From Acidimicrobiaceae bacterium (GTDB lineage: Bacteria > Actinomycetota > Acidimicrobiia > Acidimicrobiales > RAAP-2), in the NCBI GenBank assembly GCA_027339205.1, contig DAHWOV010000114.1, positions 750-64,749 of the forward strand: 64,000 nt of DNA. Direction: 5' to 3'. Shown one piece after another: positions 8,958-17,797 of this stretch. The notes beneath the pieces were generated by a model. It saw only the letters and a list, made by a program, of their open reading frames with translations. It did not search any database and had not been told where the DNA came from. The stretch's first letter is position 1. Each line of letters starts with the position of its first letter. The position numbers and the translations under genes are program-made.

Positions 8958-11546
8958 TCATCCCGCCTCAGGTGGGACGAGGTCGCCATCGGTGTCCCGT
9001 TGGCCCACCAGCTCGTAGTCGGGGTTCAAGATGGCGAGCTTCCTCCCCCAGGCACCGACCATCCCCTCGGCCACCAGCCTCGCGCCGGGTTCGATCCCCG
9101 GGATCTTGGGGCGACCCTGGAAGACGAGGAGGATGCCGCCGGTCTGGTCGGCCAGGGTCGCTTCGAGATTGGAGGTGCCGGCGCTCGGCTGCACCCTGAC
9201 GGACTTGACGCGACCCGCGACCCTCACGCGCTGGCGCCACTCGACATCGCCGATGGGACGCGAGTCGATCGCCCGCTTCGCCAGTGCCTGGTCCGCATCG
9301 CTGAGCTGGGCCGTGCGGTCGGTCCGCTTCCTCTCGGGCAGCCGGTCCTTTGTGCCTTCCGCCCTCTGCGCTCCTTCTGCCTCTCCTCCCCCCCCTGGGG
9401 CCGCCCGTCGCTCGGGCGATGCCGTCGCAAAGCGTCGCCCGTTGCTCGCTGCGGTGGCGACGGCCTGTGCTGCCATACGCGCCGCCACGTTGCGCCTCGT
9501 CGCGCCGCGGGTCGACGAGCGGTGCAGGTTGTACGGCACGATGGTCGCGCTGACATGTGGCACCTGGCTCACGATGCCGGCGATCTTGTCGGCCGTCCGG
9601 TCGTGGAGGAGCCGCTGCCATCCCCAGACGAAGCCGCGGCGCGGGAGGATGACGGTGCACTCGGTGTCGCCGTCGGACACGGTCTCGGCGACCAGCTCGA
9701 GGGCGGCTCGCCCGAGTCGCCGGTCCGGCACCTCGACGATGTCGAGCGGCAGCCGGGAGAAGCCGAGGCGGCCCCACTCCGCCTCGAGCGCGCGGGTGGC
9801 CCTGCTGTCGATGTCGAAGTGGACCGCGCGCAGCTCGTCAGGCGACAGCGTCCGGGCGTACTGGATCGCCCTCGCCGTCGCCATGTCCAGGCTGTCCACA
9901 AGGACGATCACGGCGTGGTGGCGGAGGATCGGCTCCTGGGCCATCCCGGCCGCGCTCACCTCGAGCTCCTCATCCTCGCGAACGTACTGCCTGTGCATTC
10001 TGATGAGGCCCCAGTACATGAGCGGGCCCACGACGACCACCACCCACGCCCCCTCGAGGAACTTCGCGAAGGCGAAGATGAGCACCACGCTCGCGGTGAG
10101 CACGGCGGCGAAGCCGTTCACCAAGACGCTGCGCCGCCAGTGCGGCCCCCGCTCGCTGAGATGGTGCTTCACCAACCCCGAGCCCGCCATGGCGAACCCC
10201 GTGAACACCCCGATCGCGTACAGGGCCACGAGCGAGTCGACGTTCGCCCGGAACGCCGTGATCAACGCGAGCGACACGACCGCCAGCAGGACGATCCCGC
10301 TCGAGAAGGCGAGCCGGTGACCGCGGCGGGTCAGCTGGCGAGGGAGGAACTGGTCGCCCGCCACGAAGCTCGCCAGGTACGGGAACCCGTTGAAGCTGGT
10401 GTTGCCCCCCGTGTAGAGGATGAGCAGGGTCGCGATCTGCACCACGTAGTACACGACCCCGTGACCTGCGATGTCCTGCACCTCCTGGGAGAGCACGGTG
10501 GGAGACCCCGCGGCATAGGGGACCGCGTGCGTCCAGCGGGCGAGCATGGTGACGCCGAAGACGAGGAAGGCGAGGACCGAGCTCATCGCGACGAGCGTCA
10601 CCCGGGCGTTGCGCGACTCGGGCCGGCGGAAGGCGCTCACGCCGTTGGAGATCGCTTCGAGACCGGTGAGCGACGACCCACCGTTCGCGAACGAGCGCAG
10701 CAACGTGATGAACGCCAGCCCCATCAGCAACCCGCTCCCCGGCGATCCGAAGTGATGGCCGTAAAGGAGGTGATGCGGCGGGATCGGCCGGGGGTGCAGG
10801 TCGCCGAGCGCCGCCTTCACGTAGCCGGCCACGATCACCCCGGCCAGGCTGAGCACGAAGAAGTACGTCGGGAACGCGAAGAACTTTCCGGCTTCCCGGA
10901 TGCCGCGCAGGTTGCCGTAGAGGAGGACCAGCACGACGCCCACGGTGATGGGGACCGTCCAGGGCACCAGGGCGGGCACGGCGCTGGTCAACGCCGCCGT
11001 ACCCGCCGACGTCTGGACCGCGACGGTGACCGTGTAGTCGATGAGGAGAGCGACCGCGGCGACCTGGGCAACCTTGGGACCGAAGTTGTCCCGCGCCACC
11101 ACGTAGGAGCCTCCAGCCTTGGTGTACAGCCGGATCACGTCGAGGTACGAGAGGGTGACGAAGAAGAGGACGCCGAGGATCGCGAGGGTGATCGGCACGA
11201 CGAGCGTGAACGCCGCGAGCCCCACGAAGGGCACCAGCTGGGTGAGCATCTCCTCGGTGCCGTAGGCCGAGGACGAGATGCAGTCCGGCGCGAGCACGCC
11301 CAGCGCGATCGGCCGGCTGAGCCGCTCGCTGCGGAGCTGCTCGGAGACGAGGGGGGGACCGAGCAGCCGGTTCTTCAGGCGGTAACGGAGCGTCTCGGGG
11401 TACGCGGCGCCCGAGTCGACGGGTATGGCCGACGGCCGTGTCATCGACGGTGGCGGAAGCGGTCCCGCGACCGGCAGTCGGGTCGCGTCGGCTCCCTCGT
11501 CGTTGTCGGACATCCTCGCAAGCGTAGAGCTACACCGCCGGGGCAT
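8958..11546 (-). CDS. APC-superfamily permease with cytoplasmic C-terminal domain, fused to a C-terminal OB-fold domain
   Basis: 862-aa ORF. About 12 hydrophobic helices carry APC-type motifs (ISSSAYGTEE, GGSYVVARDNFG, ANGGSSLTGLEAISNG). A soluble domain and a low-complexity linker follow. The last ~110 aa (VEWRQRVRVAGRVKSVRVQPSAGTSNLEATLADQTGGILLVFQGRPKIPGIEPGARLVAEGMVGAWGRKLAILNPDYELV) look like the stand-alone OB-fold proteins found near actinobacterial trkA genes. The start is uncertain (11546 or the ATG at 11513). Confidence 0.8.
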   Translation of the reverse strand: MPRRCSSTLARMSDNDEGADATRLPVAGPLPPPSMTRPSAIPVDSGAAYPETLRYRLKNRLLGPPLVSEQLRSERLSRPIALGVLAPDCISSSAYGTEEMLTQLVPFVGLAAFTLVVPITLAILGVLFFVTLSYLDVIRLYTKAGGSYVVARDNFGPKVAQVAAVALLIDYTVTVAVQTSAGTAALTSAVPALVPWTVPITVGVVLVLLYGNLRGIREAGKFFAFPTYFFVLSLAGVIVAGYVKAALGDLHPRPIPPHHLLYGHHFGSPGSGLLMGLAFITLLRSFANGGSSLTGLEAISNGVSAFRRPESRNARVTLVAMSSVLAFLVFGVTMLARWTHAVPYAAGSPTVLSQEVQDIAGHGVVYYVVQIATLLILYTGGNTSFNGFPYLASFVAGDQFLPRQLTRRGHRLAFSSGIVLLAVVSLALITAFRANVDSLVALYAIGVFTGFAMAGSGLVKHHLSERGPHWRRSVLVNGFAAVLTASVVLIFAFAKFLEGAWVVVVVGPLMYWGLIRMHRQYVREDEELEVSAAGMAQEPILRHHAVIVLVDSLDMATARAIQYARTLSPDELRAVHFDIDSRATRALEAEWGRLGFSRLPLDIVEVPDRRLGRAALELVAETVSDGDTECTVILPRRGFVWGWQRLLHDRTADKIAGIVSQVPHVSATIVPYNLHRSSTRGATRRNVAARMAAQAVATAASNGRRFATASPERRAAPGGGGEAEGAQRAEGTKDRLPERKRTDRTAQLSDADQALAKRAIDSRPIGDVEWRQRVRVAGRVKSVRVQPSAGTSNLEATLADQTGGILLVFQGRPKIPGIEPGARLVAEGMVGAWGRKLAILNPDYELVGQRDTDGDLVPPEAG

Positions 11547-11645
11547 TTCGTGCCGGGCCGCCGGGGGTCACCCGCTCGGCGCGGGTGGCGCGGCCGGCGC
11601 GGGCGGCCTTTACAGCGGGCGGCGCGACGTGTAGCACTTGCCGGA

Positions 11646-12331
11646 TGCACGTCGTGGTGGTCGGCTGCGGACGGGTTGGCTCCGGACTCGCGGTCTCTCT
11701 GACCGCCGAGGGCCACTCGGTCGCGCTCATCGACCGGAACCCGCGCGCGTTCCGGCGCCTCCCCGACGACTGGCCGGGCCAGCGGGTGCACGGATCGGGA
11801 TTCGACCGGGACCACCTCGACGAGGCGGGGGCCAGGCGGGCGGACGCGCTCGCCGCGGTCACGAGCGGCGACAACAGCAACATCCTCACCGTGCGCATCG
11901 CACGGGAGACCTACGGGATCGATCACGTCGTCGCCCGCATCTACGATCCGCGCCGAGCCGAGATCTACCAGCGGCTCGGGATCCCCACCGTCGCGACCGT
12001 CACCTGGACCATCGACCAGGTGCGGCGCCGTCTGCTGCCCGACGTGGTCGCCACCGAGTGGTCCGACCCCTCGGGCAAGGTGCGGCTCATCCAGCGCGAG
12101 CTTCCAGAGGCGTGGGCGGGCCGGCGTCTCGCGGACATCGACCTGCCCGGCGAGATCTCCCTCGTCGCGGTGACCAGAGCGGGCGTGCCGCGCCTCGGCA
12201 CCGACGACCTGATCGGGCAGGAGGGGGACCTCCTCCACATCGCGGTCACCCATCACGCGCTCGAGGAGCTCCAACGGCGCTGCGCTGCGGGGCCCGGCCC
12301 GCTGGGCGAGCCCGAGCGAGCCCGCCGATGA
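11646..12331 (+). CDS. trkA: TrkA-family RCK protein (TrkA-N + TrkA-C), first of pair 1
   Basis: It starts MHVVVVGCGRVGSGLAVSL (GxGxxG Rossmann fold) and has a C-terminal TrkA-C-like segment (LPGEISLVAVTRAGVPRLGTDDLIGQEGDLLHIAV). I chose the ATG at 11646; the longer track ORF from 11585 has an Arg/Ala-rich extension. The stop overlaps the next gene (ATGA). Confidence 0.85.
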
Positions 12332-12993
12332 AGGTCGCCATCGCCGGGGCCGGGAGCGTCGGGACCGCCATCGCCCGGGACCTCCAGGCGAGCGGTCACG
12401 AGGTGCTCGTCCTCGAGCAGGATCCGGAGCTCGCCCAGCAACGCAGCGTCGAGCTGCCCCGGGTGCACTGGATCGCGGCGGACGCCTGCGAGGTCGCCTC
12501 GCTGGACGCAGCAGGGTTCTCGACCGTCGACGTGGTGGTCGCCGCCACGGGCGACGACGAGGACAACCTGGTCGTCTCGTTGCTCGCGAAGCAGGAGTTC
12601 GCGGTGCCGAGGGTCGTCGCGAGGGTCAACAACTCGAAGAACCAGTGGCTGTTCAACCAGAGCTGGGGGGTCGACGTCTACGTCTCCACGCCGCAGCTCC
12701 TCACCGCGCTGGTCGAAGAGGCGGTCTCGGTGGGGTCGCTCGTGCGCCTGCTGCAGTTCCAGGGGGGCACGGCCCATCTCGTCGAGGTGACGCTGGCCGA
12801 GGACTCGCCCGCCGACGGGGTCGCGATCGCCGACCTCGGGGTGCCGCGCGACGCGACCGTTGTCGCGGTCGTCCGGCGCGACCGGCTGGTCGTCCCGCGC
12901 GGCGACACGGTGCTGCAGTCGGGCGACGAGGTGCTCGTGCTCGTGACGAGCGACGTCGAGCAGACAGTCCGGAGCCTCTTCATCGGCACCTGA
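12328..12993 (+). CDS. trkA: TrkA-family RCK protein, second of pair 1
   Basis: MKVAIAGAGSVGTAIARDLQASGHEVLVLEQD, then a TrkA-C segment (HLVEVTLAEDSPADGVAIADLGVPRDATVVAVVRRDRLVVPRGDTVLQSGDEVLVLV). It lies inside the long track ORF 11638-12993, and the ATG at 12328 overlaps the upstream stop. Confidence 0.85.
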   Translation: MKVAIAGAGSVGTAIARDLQASGHEVLVLEQDPELAQQRSVELPRVHWIAADACEVASLDAAGFSTVDVVVAATGDDEDNLVVSLLAKQEFAVPRVVARVNNSKNQWLFNQSWGVDVYVSTPQLLTALVEEAVSVGSLVRLLQFQGGTAHLVEVTLAEDSPADGVAIADLGVPRDATVVAVVRRDRLVVPRGDTVLQSGDEVLVLVTSDVEQTVRSLFIGT

Positions 12994-13020
12994 GGCGGTT
13001 CCTCAGCGTCCGGGGCAGGC

Positions 13021-13959
13021 ATGCGCCCCTTGGCGGTGCACCGAGCTCTCGGCGGCACCACCTACGATTGCCGCGTGAGAGCGGCGTTCTTCGACCTCGA
13101 CAAGACGGTCATCGCCAAGGGCTCGATCCCGGCATTCGGCCGGCCCCTCCGTCGCGGGGGGCTCGTGAACCGCCGTGCCGTGCTGCGCGCGCTGATCGGT
13201 CAGCTGATCTACCTTCACCTCGGTGCGGACGAGAACCGGCTCGCGCGCATCCGCGAGTCGATGCTCACCCTCACCAAGGGATGGCAGCGTGAGCGAGTCC
13301 GCGAGATCGTGCGCGAGACCCTTCTCGAGACCGTCGAGCCCCTCATCTACAACGAGGCGCTCGAGCTGATGGAGGCGCACCACCGCTCGGGCGACCGCGT
13401 GTACCTCGTCTCCGCCTCGCCAGAGGAGCTGGTCGTGCCGCTCGCGGAGCTCCTCGGCGCCGACGGCGCGATCGCCTCCGTCGGCGAGGTCGACGACGAG
13501 GGGCGCTACACGGGGAAGATGGCGTTCTACTCGTCCGGCGAGGGAAAGGCCGAGGCCATCCGAGCCCTCGCCGCGCGCACGGGGCTCGACCTCTCGGCGT
13601 CGTGGGCATACTCGGACTCCGCGACCGACCTCCCGATGCTCGAGACGGTGGGCCACCCTGTGGCGGTCAACCCCGACCGAGCGCTCGCCCGTGCCGCTCG
13701 CGAGCGGGGCTGGGAGGTGCGACAGTTCACCAAGCCCGTACGGCTGCGCAATCGGATGAGCGTGCGGACACCCGTGCTCACCACCGGGCTCGCGCTCATG
13801 GCGGGCGCGGTCGCGTTGTGGTGGCGGAGCAAGCGCCTGGAGGCGAGACGACGCGTCGCAAGGGCGCCGGCGCGCGCGGCACGGGGCGCGGCGCCGGCCA
13901 CGGGGAGATTGGCCGACGCGGCCCGCTGGCGCGGCGTGCGGCCGCGCCACGCGCTCTAG
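13021..13959 (+). CDS. HAD-IB family hydrolase (SerB-like) with C-terminal membrane anchor
   Basis: HAD motif [12 protein letters not shown], motif [12 protein letters not shown], and motifs [25 protein letters not shown]. The C-terminal hydrophobic stretch is [17 protein letters not shown]. Confidence 0.75.
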   Translation: MRPLAVHRALGGTTYDCRVRAAFFDLDKTVIAKGSIPAFGRPLRRGGLVNRRAVLRALIGQLIYLHLGADENRLARIRESMLTLTKGWQRERVREIVRETLLETVEPLIYNEALELMEAHHRSGDRVYLVSASPEELVVPLAELLGADGAIASVGEVDDEGRYTGKMAFYSSGEGKAEAIRALAARTGLDLSASWAYSDSATDLPMLETVGHPVAVNPDRALARAARERGWEVRQFTKPVRLRNRMSVRTPVLTTGLALMAGAVALWWRSKRLEARRRVARAPARAARGAAPATGRLADAARWRGVRPRHAL

Positions 13960-13980
13960 CGAATCAGCGACTCGAAGGGA

Positions 13981-14055
13981 TCAGGCTGACCGAAGGCGGC
14001 GCGCCGCCACGACTCCGAGCGCAACGAGGATGGCGAGGATCAGCAGCTTCTTCAT
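13981..14055 (-). CDS. Possible 24-aa hydrophobic peptide just downstream of the sigma-factor gene
   Basis: [24 protein letters not shown]. The ATG at 14055 is preceded by GGGGTAGGA and lies 22 nt after the sigma gene stop. Very short, so weakly supported. Confidence 0.25.
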   Translation of the reverse strand: MKKLLILAILVALGVVAARRLRSA

Positions 14056-14077
14056 CGCCGGGATCCTACCCCTGTGG

Positions 14078-15148
14078 TCAGACGGTGAGAAGATCCCTCG
14101 CGCCGGTGTCCGAGGAGGGGTGGCGCAGCTTCGACATCGCCCGGGCCTCGATCTGGCGGATGCGCTCTCGCGTGAGGTTGAAGTGCTCCCCGACCTCCTC
14201 GAGAGTCCTCGGCTCGCCGCGGTCGAGGCCGAAGCGCAGACGGAGGATCTCGCGCTCACGCTCGTCGAGGGGCGAGAGGAGGCGACCGATCTCCTCGGGC
14301 AGGAGGGACACCGCAGCCACTTCGAAGGGTGACTCTGCCGAGCGGTCCTCCACCACGTCGCCGAGCTCTGCGTCGCCGTCCTCCCGCAGCGGCTCGGAAA
14401 GCGAGAGCGGCTCCGCGCGGAACCGCAGCGCCTCCACGAGCTTGTCCTCGGGCATCTCGACTTCCACCCCGAGCTCGGCGAGGGTCGCAGGGCGACCGAG
14501 CTTCAGCTCGAGACGCGCCTGCGCCTTCTGGACGCGCGCGAGCGTGTCGCCCGCATGGACGGGCAGGCGGATCGTCCGTCCGGTGTTGGCGATGCCGCGG
14601 GTGATGGCCTGGCGGATCCACCACGTCGCGTACGTCGAGAACTTGAACCCCTTGCGCCAGTCGAACTTCTCGACTGCGTGCATCAGGCCGAGGTTGCCCT
14701 CCTGGATGAGGTCGAGCAGGGGCAGTCCGGACGCCTGGTACTTCTTGGCGATCGAGACGACCAGGCGGAGATTCGACTGGACGAAGGTCTGCTGCGCCCG
14801 CTCGCCAGTGTTCACCGTCCGGCGCAGCTCGCGCTTCTTGGCCGCAGCGAGCGTCTTGGGCGCCTTGCGCAGCTCCTCTTCGGCCTCGCGACCGGCTTCG
14901 ATGGCCTGCGCCAGGCGGACCTCGTCGTCCTTGGTGAGCAGCGGGTACTGGCCGATGTCGGTCAGGTACAGACGTACGAGGTCCTCGTCGTCACGTTCGA
15001 TGCGTTCCTTCGCCAAAACCCGTCCCGAGCCTTCCCATGTAGTACGTTTGGCACCGTCTGGACGTTCGGTCCCGTGCCGGCCCCGCAAGGACCACGACCT
15101 CTGCGTGGGCGCATGCAGCCGGTGGTCTGATTTTACAGGGGAGGTCAA
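14078..15148 (-). CDS. RNA polymerase sigma-70 family factor, group 1/2 (SigB/HrdB-like)
   Basis: Regions 1.2 to 4.2 are recognisable: [85 protein letters not shown], and [28 protein letters not shown]. The first ~45 codons are unusually AT-rich at third positions, so the true start may be further downstream (for example TTG near 15016). Confidence 0.9.
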   Translation of the reverse strand: MTSPVKSDHRLHAPTQRSWSLRGRHGTERPDGAKRTTWEGSGRVLAKERIERDDEDLVRLYLTDIGQYPLLTKDDEVRLAQAIEAGREAEEELRKAPKTLAAAKKRELRRTVNTGERAQQTFVQSNLRLVVSIAKKYQASGLPLLDLIQEGNLGLMHAVEKFDWRKGFKFSTYATWWIRQAITRGIANTGRTIRLPVHAGDTLARVQKAQARLELKLGRPATLAELGVEVEMPEDKLVEALRFRAEPLSLSEPLREDGDAELGDVVEDRSAESPFEVAAVSLLPEEIGRLLSPLDEREREILRLRFGLDRGEPRTLEEVGEHFNLTRERIRQIEARAMSKLRHPSSDTGARDLLTV

Positions 15149-15172
15149 GAGCCTCCCCGACCCTTCTTTTCC

Positions 15173-15814
15173 TCACCGCGCGAATTCCCCTTCCGACCAG
15201 GGAAGAAGATCCTCTTCGTCACCGCCTTGGAAGGCCAGGTCACCGAGCGCGCGGGTCCATTCGGCAGCCTGCTGCGCCGCCCGCGGCTCGGCAAGGAGCT
15301 CGTCGGCGAGGGCCTGAGCCCGGGCAAGCTCGTCCTGCTCGTCTCGAAGGACGAGCGTCACCGCCCGGATGGCCGGGGAGTCGGCGACCGGGACGAGGCG
15401 CCGTGCGAACCCCCGGTACGAGACGAGGAGGAGCGGCAGCACCACCCTGGAGAGGCCGACGAGGAAGCGGCGGGCGGCGGTCTCGTCGTCCCCCTCGAAC
15501 GCACCGGGGCCGAGGCTCGCCAACATGGGCTCGACCGCTGCGCCCACGGGCTGCGTCAAGCGGTCCGGATCGACGCCGGCGAGCACCGGGAGACGGGCGT
15601 GCCACAGGTCGGCGTGCCACGCGTGCTGCGCGCTCGCTTCGAAGCAGAAGATCCGCGCGCCGTCGGGGACCCCGGGCGCGGCGGCCCACGACCCAGTCAG
15701 CTCGAAGAGCCGCCGCTCGACCCAGCGGTAGGCGCCGTGGCGCACAGCGGCGTCTCTGAGCGCGAGCGCGCCCTGCGCACCGGGGGGTCCGTCGCGCAGC
15801 GTTCGATCCGCCAT
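15173..15814 (-). CDS. Hypothetical protein translationally coupled to nadE
   Basis: I take only the 3' 213 codons of track ORF 15173-16186, starting [39 protein letters not shown]. The ATG at 15814 overlaps the nadE stop (ATGA). Composition is ordinary and helical, unlike the Arg/Pro-rich upstream part of the ORF. I recognise no family. Confidence 0.55.
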   Translation of the reverse strand: MADRTLRDGPPGAQGALALRDAAVRHGAYRWVERRLFELTGSWAAAPGVPDGARIFCFEASAQHAWHADLWHARLPVLAGVDPDRLTQPVGAAVEPMLASLGPGAFEGDDETAARRFLVGLSRVVLPLLLVSYRGFARRLVPVADSPAIRAVTLVLRDEQDELARAQALADELLAEPRAAQQAAEWTRALGDLAFQGGDEEDLLPWSEGEFAR

Positions 15815-17604
15815 CAGCCACCCGCCCCGACGGACAGGCCGGGTCGATAGCCGTTGGTGATCGGCATGCGGCGGTCGCGCCCGAAGGCCTTGTTGGTGAT
15901 GCGGACGCCGGGCGCCGTCTGGCGGCGCTTGTACTCGGCGCCGTCGACGAGCCGCACGACACGCTCGACGAGGTCGGGGTCGAACCCGGCCGCCACAAGG
16001 TCGCCAGCCGTACGGTCGTGCTCGACGTAGGCCTCGAGAATCGGGTCGAGCAGCTCGTAGGGGGGCAGGGACTGGTCGTCGCGCTGTGTGGGCCGAAGCT
16101 CCGCCGAGGGAGGCTTCTCGAGCACTGCGCTCGGGACGGGCGGAGGAGCGCCTTGCGCCGCAGCCCGGGCATTGCGGTGCCGGCACAGCTCGTAGACGAG
16201 CGTCTTCGGCACGTCCTTGATCACAGCGAAGCCCCCTGCCGAGTCCCCGTAGAGGGTGGAGTAGCCCGTGGCCATCTCGCTCTTGTTGCCCGTGGCGAGG
16301 ACGATCCAGCCAGTGGCGTTCGAGATGCCCATGAGGATCATCCCGCGGATGCGGGACTGGAGGTTCTCGTCGGTGATCCCGACCGGCGGCGAGCCGAGCG
16401 CGATCTCGAGCTCCTTTGCCATGCTCTGGTGCGCGGGCTCGATCGGCACCACCCGGAAGTCGACGCCGAGCCGCTCCGCAAGGGCCCGAGCGTCGGCGAG
16501 CGACCCCGGGCTCGAGTACCGCGAGGGCATCGCGACCCCGTGGACGTGCCCGGCACCGATCGCATCGGCAGCGACGGTCGCGACGAGCGACGAGTCGACG
16601 CCGCCGGACAGCCCGACGACGGCACCGCGAAAACCGTTCTTGGCGAGATAGTCACGGGTCCCGAGCACGAGCGCCGCATAGACCTCTGCAACGGGGTCGA
16701 GCGGCTCGGGGACCGCCGGGGTGGTCGACAGGGCGCGAGACGCAGGAGGGGTCGTCGAGATCTCGACGACGGGGACCGTGGGCGGAGGTCGCTCGGGCAC
16801 CGGCACCTCGGTGACGACGAGATCCTCTTCGAATTGGACGCCCGCGCCGATGAGCGTGCCATCGGCCGCCAAAGCGAGGCTCCCTCCGTCGAAGACGAGC
16901 TCGTCCTGGCCCCCGACGAGGTTCGTGTACGCGATCGCGACCCCCGCCTCGTGCACTCGCTCGACCAGCATCGCGAGCCGCTCTGCCCGCCGGCCGCGCG
17001 AGTACGGAGAGGCGTTCAGGTTGACCACCAGCTGCGCTCCGGCAGACCCGAGCGCCGCCACCGGTCCCGCGGTCGCCCACGCGTCCTCGCAGATCGACAC
17101 GCCGACCGCCGCGCCGCCCACGAGGTACAGACGGGGAGGCTCGTCGCCGGGCGTGAACCAGCGCTGCTCGTCGAAGACGCTGTAGTTGGGGAGGAGCCGC
17201 TTGCGGTACACGCCGGCGACCTGCCCGTTGACGCAGACGGCCGCCGCGTTGGCCAAACGGGGGCGTTCCGTGCAGGGGGGTCCCTCGCTCGTCTCGGCAC
17301 CGGTCGACGACTCCCCGACCCTGGCGCCCGAGGGCTCCGGGAGGCGCTGGACGAAGCCGACGAACGCGGCACACCCGCGCGTCGCCTTTGCGACCTCGTC
17401 GAGCGCCGCTTCGTTGTCAGCGACGAAGCCGCCCTTCAACAAGAGGTCCTCGGGCGGGTACCCGGTGATCGCCAGCTCGGGAAAGACGCAGAGCTGCGCT
17501 CCTGCGGCCTCGGCGCGTCCGAGAGCGGCGAGGATCCGCGCGACGTTGCCCTCGAGGTCGCCGACGGCCAGGTCGAGCTGGGCCATCGCGACCCGGAGCA
17601 ACAT
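15814..17604 (-). CDS. nadE: Glutamine-dependent NAD+ synthetase
   Basis: 596-aa ORF. The N-terminal CN-hydrolase domain (LCVFPELAITGYPPEDL, GVSICEDAW) precedes a C-terminal NAD synthetase domain with the PP-loop GLSGGVDSSLVA. Confidence 0.95.
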   Translation of the reverse strand: MLLRVAMAQLDLAVGDLEGNVARILAALGRAEAAGAQLCVFPELAITGYPPEDLLLKGGFVADNEAALDEVAKATRGCAAFVGFVQRLPEPSGARVGESSTGAETSEGPPCTERPRLANAAAVCVNGQVAGVYRKRLLPNYSVFDEQRWFTPGDEPPRLYLVGGAAVGVSICEDAWATAGPVAALGSAGAQLVVNLNASPYSRGRRAERLAMLVERVHEAGVAIAYTNLVGGQDELVFDGGSLALAADGTLIGAGVQFEEDLVVTEVPVPERPPPTVPVVEISTTPPASRALSTTPAVPEPLDPVAEVYAALVLGTRDYLAKNGFRGAVVGLSGGVDSSLVATVAADAIGAGHVHGVAMPSRYSSPGSLADARALAERLGVDFRVVPIEPAHQSMAKELEIALGSPPVGITDENLQSRIRGMILMGISNATGWIVLATGNKSEMATGYSTLYGDSAGGFAVIKDVPKTLVYELCRHRNARAAAQGAPPPVPSAVLEKPPSAELRPTQRDDQSLPPYELLDPILEAYVEHDRTAGDLVAAGFDPDLVERVVRLVDGAEYKRRQTAPGVRITNKAFGRDRRMPITNGYRPGLSVGAGG

Positions 17605-17690
17605 GCCGCCAGCCTACGGTCCGACCCCGGGCGGTCCTTGCGCGACGGCGGTCGGCGCGGCGTCGAACGGGCCGCCTGCCGCTCGCCGGG

Positions 17691-17711
17691 CGTTCACACG
17701 CTGTTCACACG
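17691..17711. promoter_or_regulatory. Direct repeat GTTCACACGC-T-GTTCACACGC in the nadE/glnII divergent region (candidate GlnR box)
   Basis: It reads as TTCAC-n6-TTCAC with 11-bp periodicity, about 90 nt upstream of the glnII start. This resembles the gTnAc-n6-GaAAc GlnR operator pattern I recall from Streptomyces. A GlnR-like regulator is encoded 2.5 kb downstream. Confidence 0.35.
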
Positions 17712-17797
17712 CAGGACATCGTCCCGCCACCAACCCGCGGTCTAATGGGACGGGCGGAAGACGGCTCGATCGGGCGGCACGAAAGGACGGCAGCGGC

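Noticed and set aside
8769-11702. A 977-aa plus-strand ORF. Similar very long ORFs occur at 4107-6359 (+), 22511-24103 (+), 42549-44402 (-), 51884-54205 (-), 55095-56867 (-) and 61605-63794 (-).
   Set aside because: All are antisense to, or out of frame with, genes that have clear family motifs. Their translations are Arg/Pro/Gly/His-rich and lack recognisable domains. Long spurious ORFs of this kind are expected at this GC content because stop codons are rare.
15121-15160. TTGACC and TAAAAT hexamers on the minus strand upstream of, or inside the 5' end of, the sigma-factor ORF.
   Set aside because: They are only 7 nt apart, so they cannot form a canonical -35/-10 pair. TAAAAT alone might be a -10 element, but I cannot support a promoter call.
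17186-17797. The 5' extension of the glnII ORF (track ORF 17186-18814).
   Set aside because: The extension overlaps nadE on the opposite strand and is Ala/Arg/Pro/Ser-rich. The GSII similarity begins exactly at GTG 17798, which has an upstream GAAAGGA.
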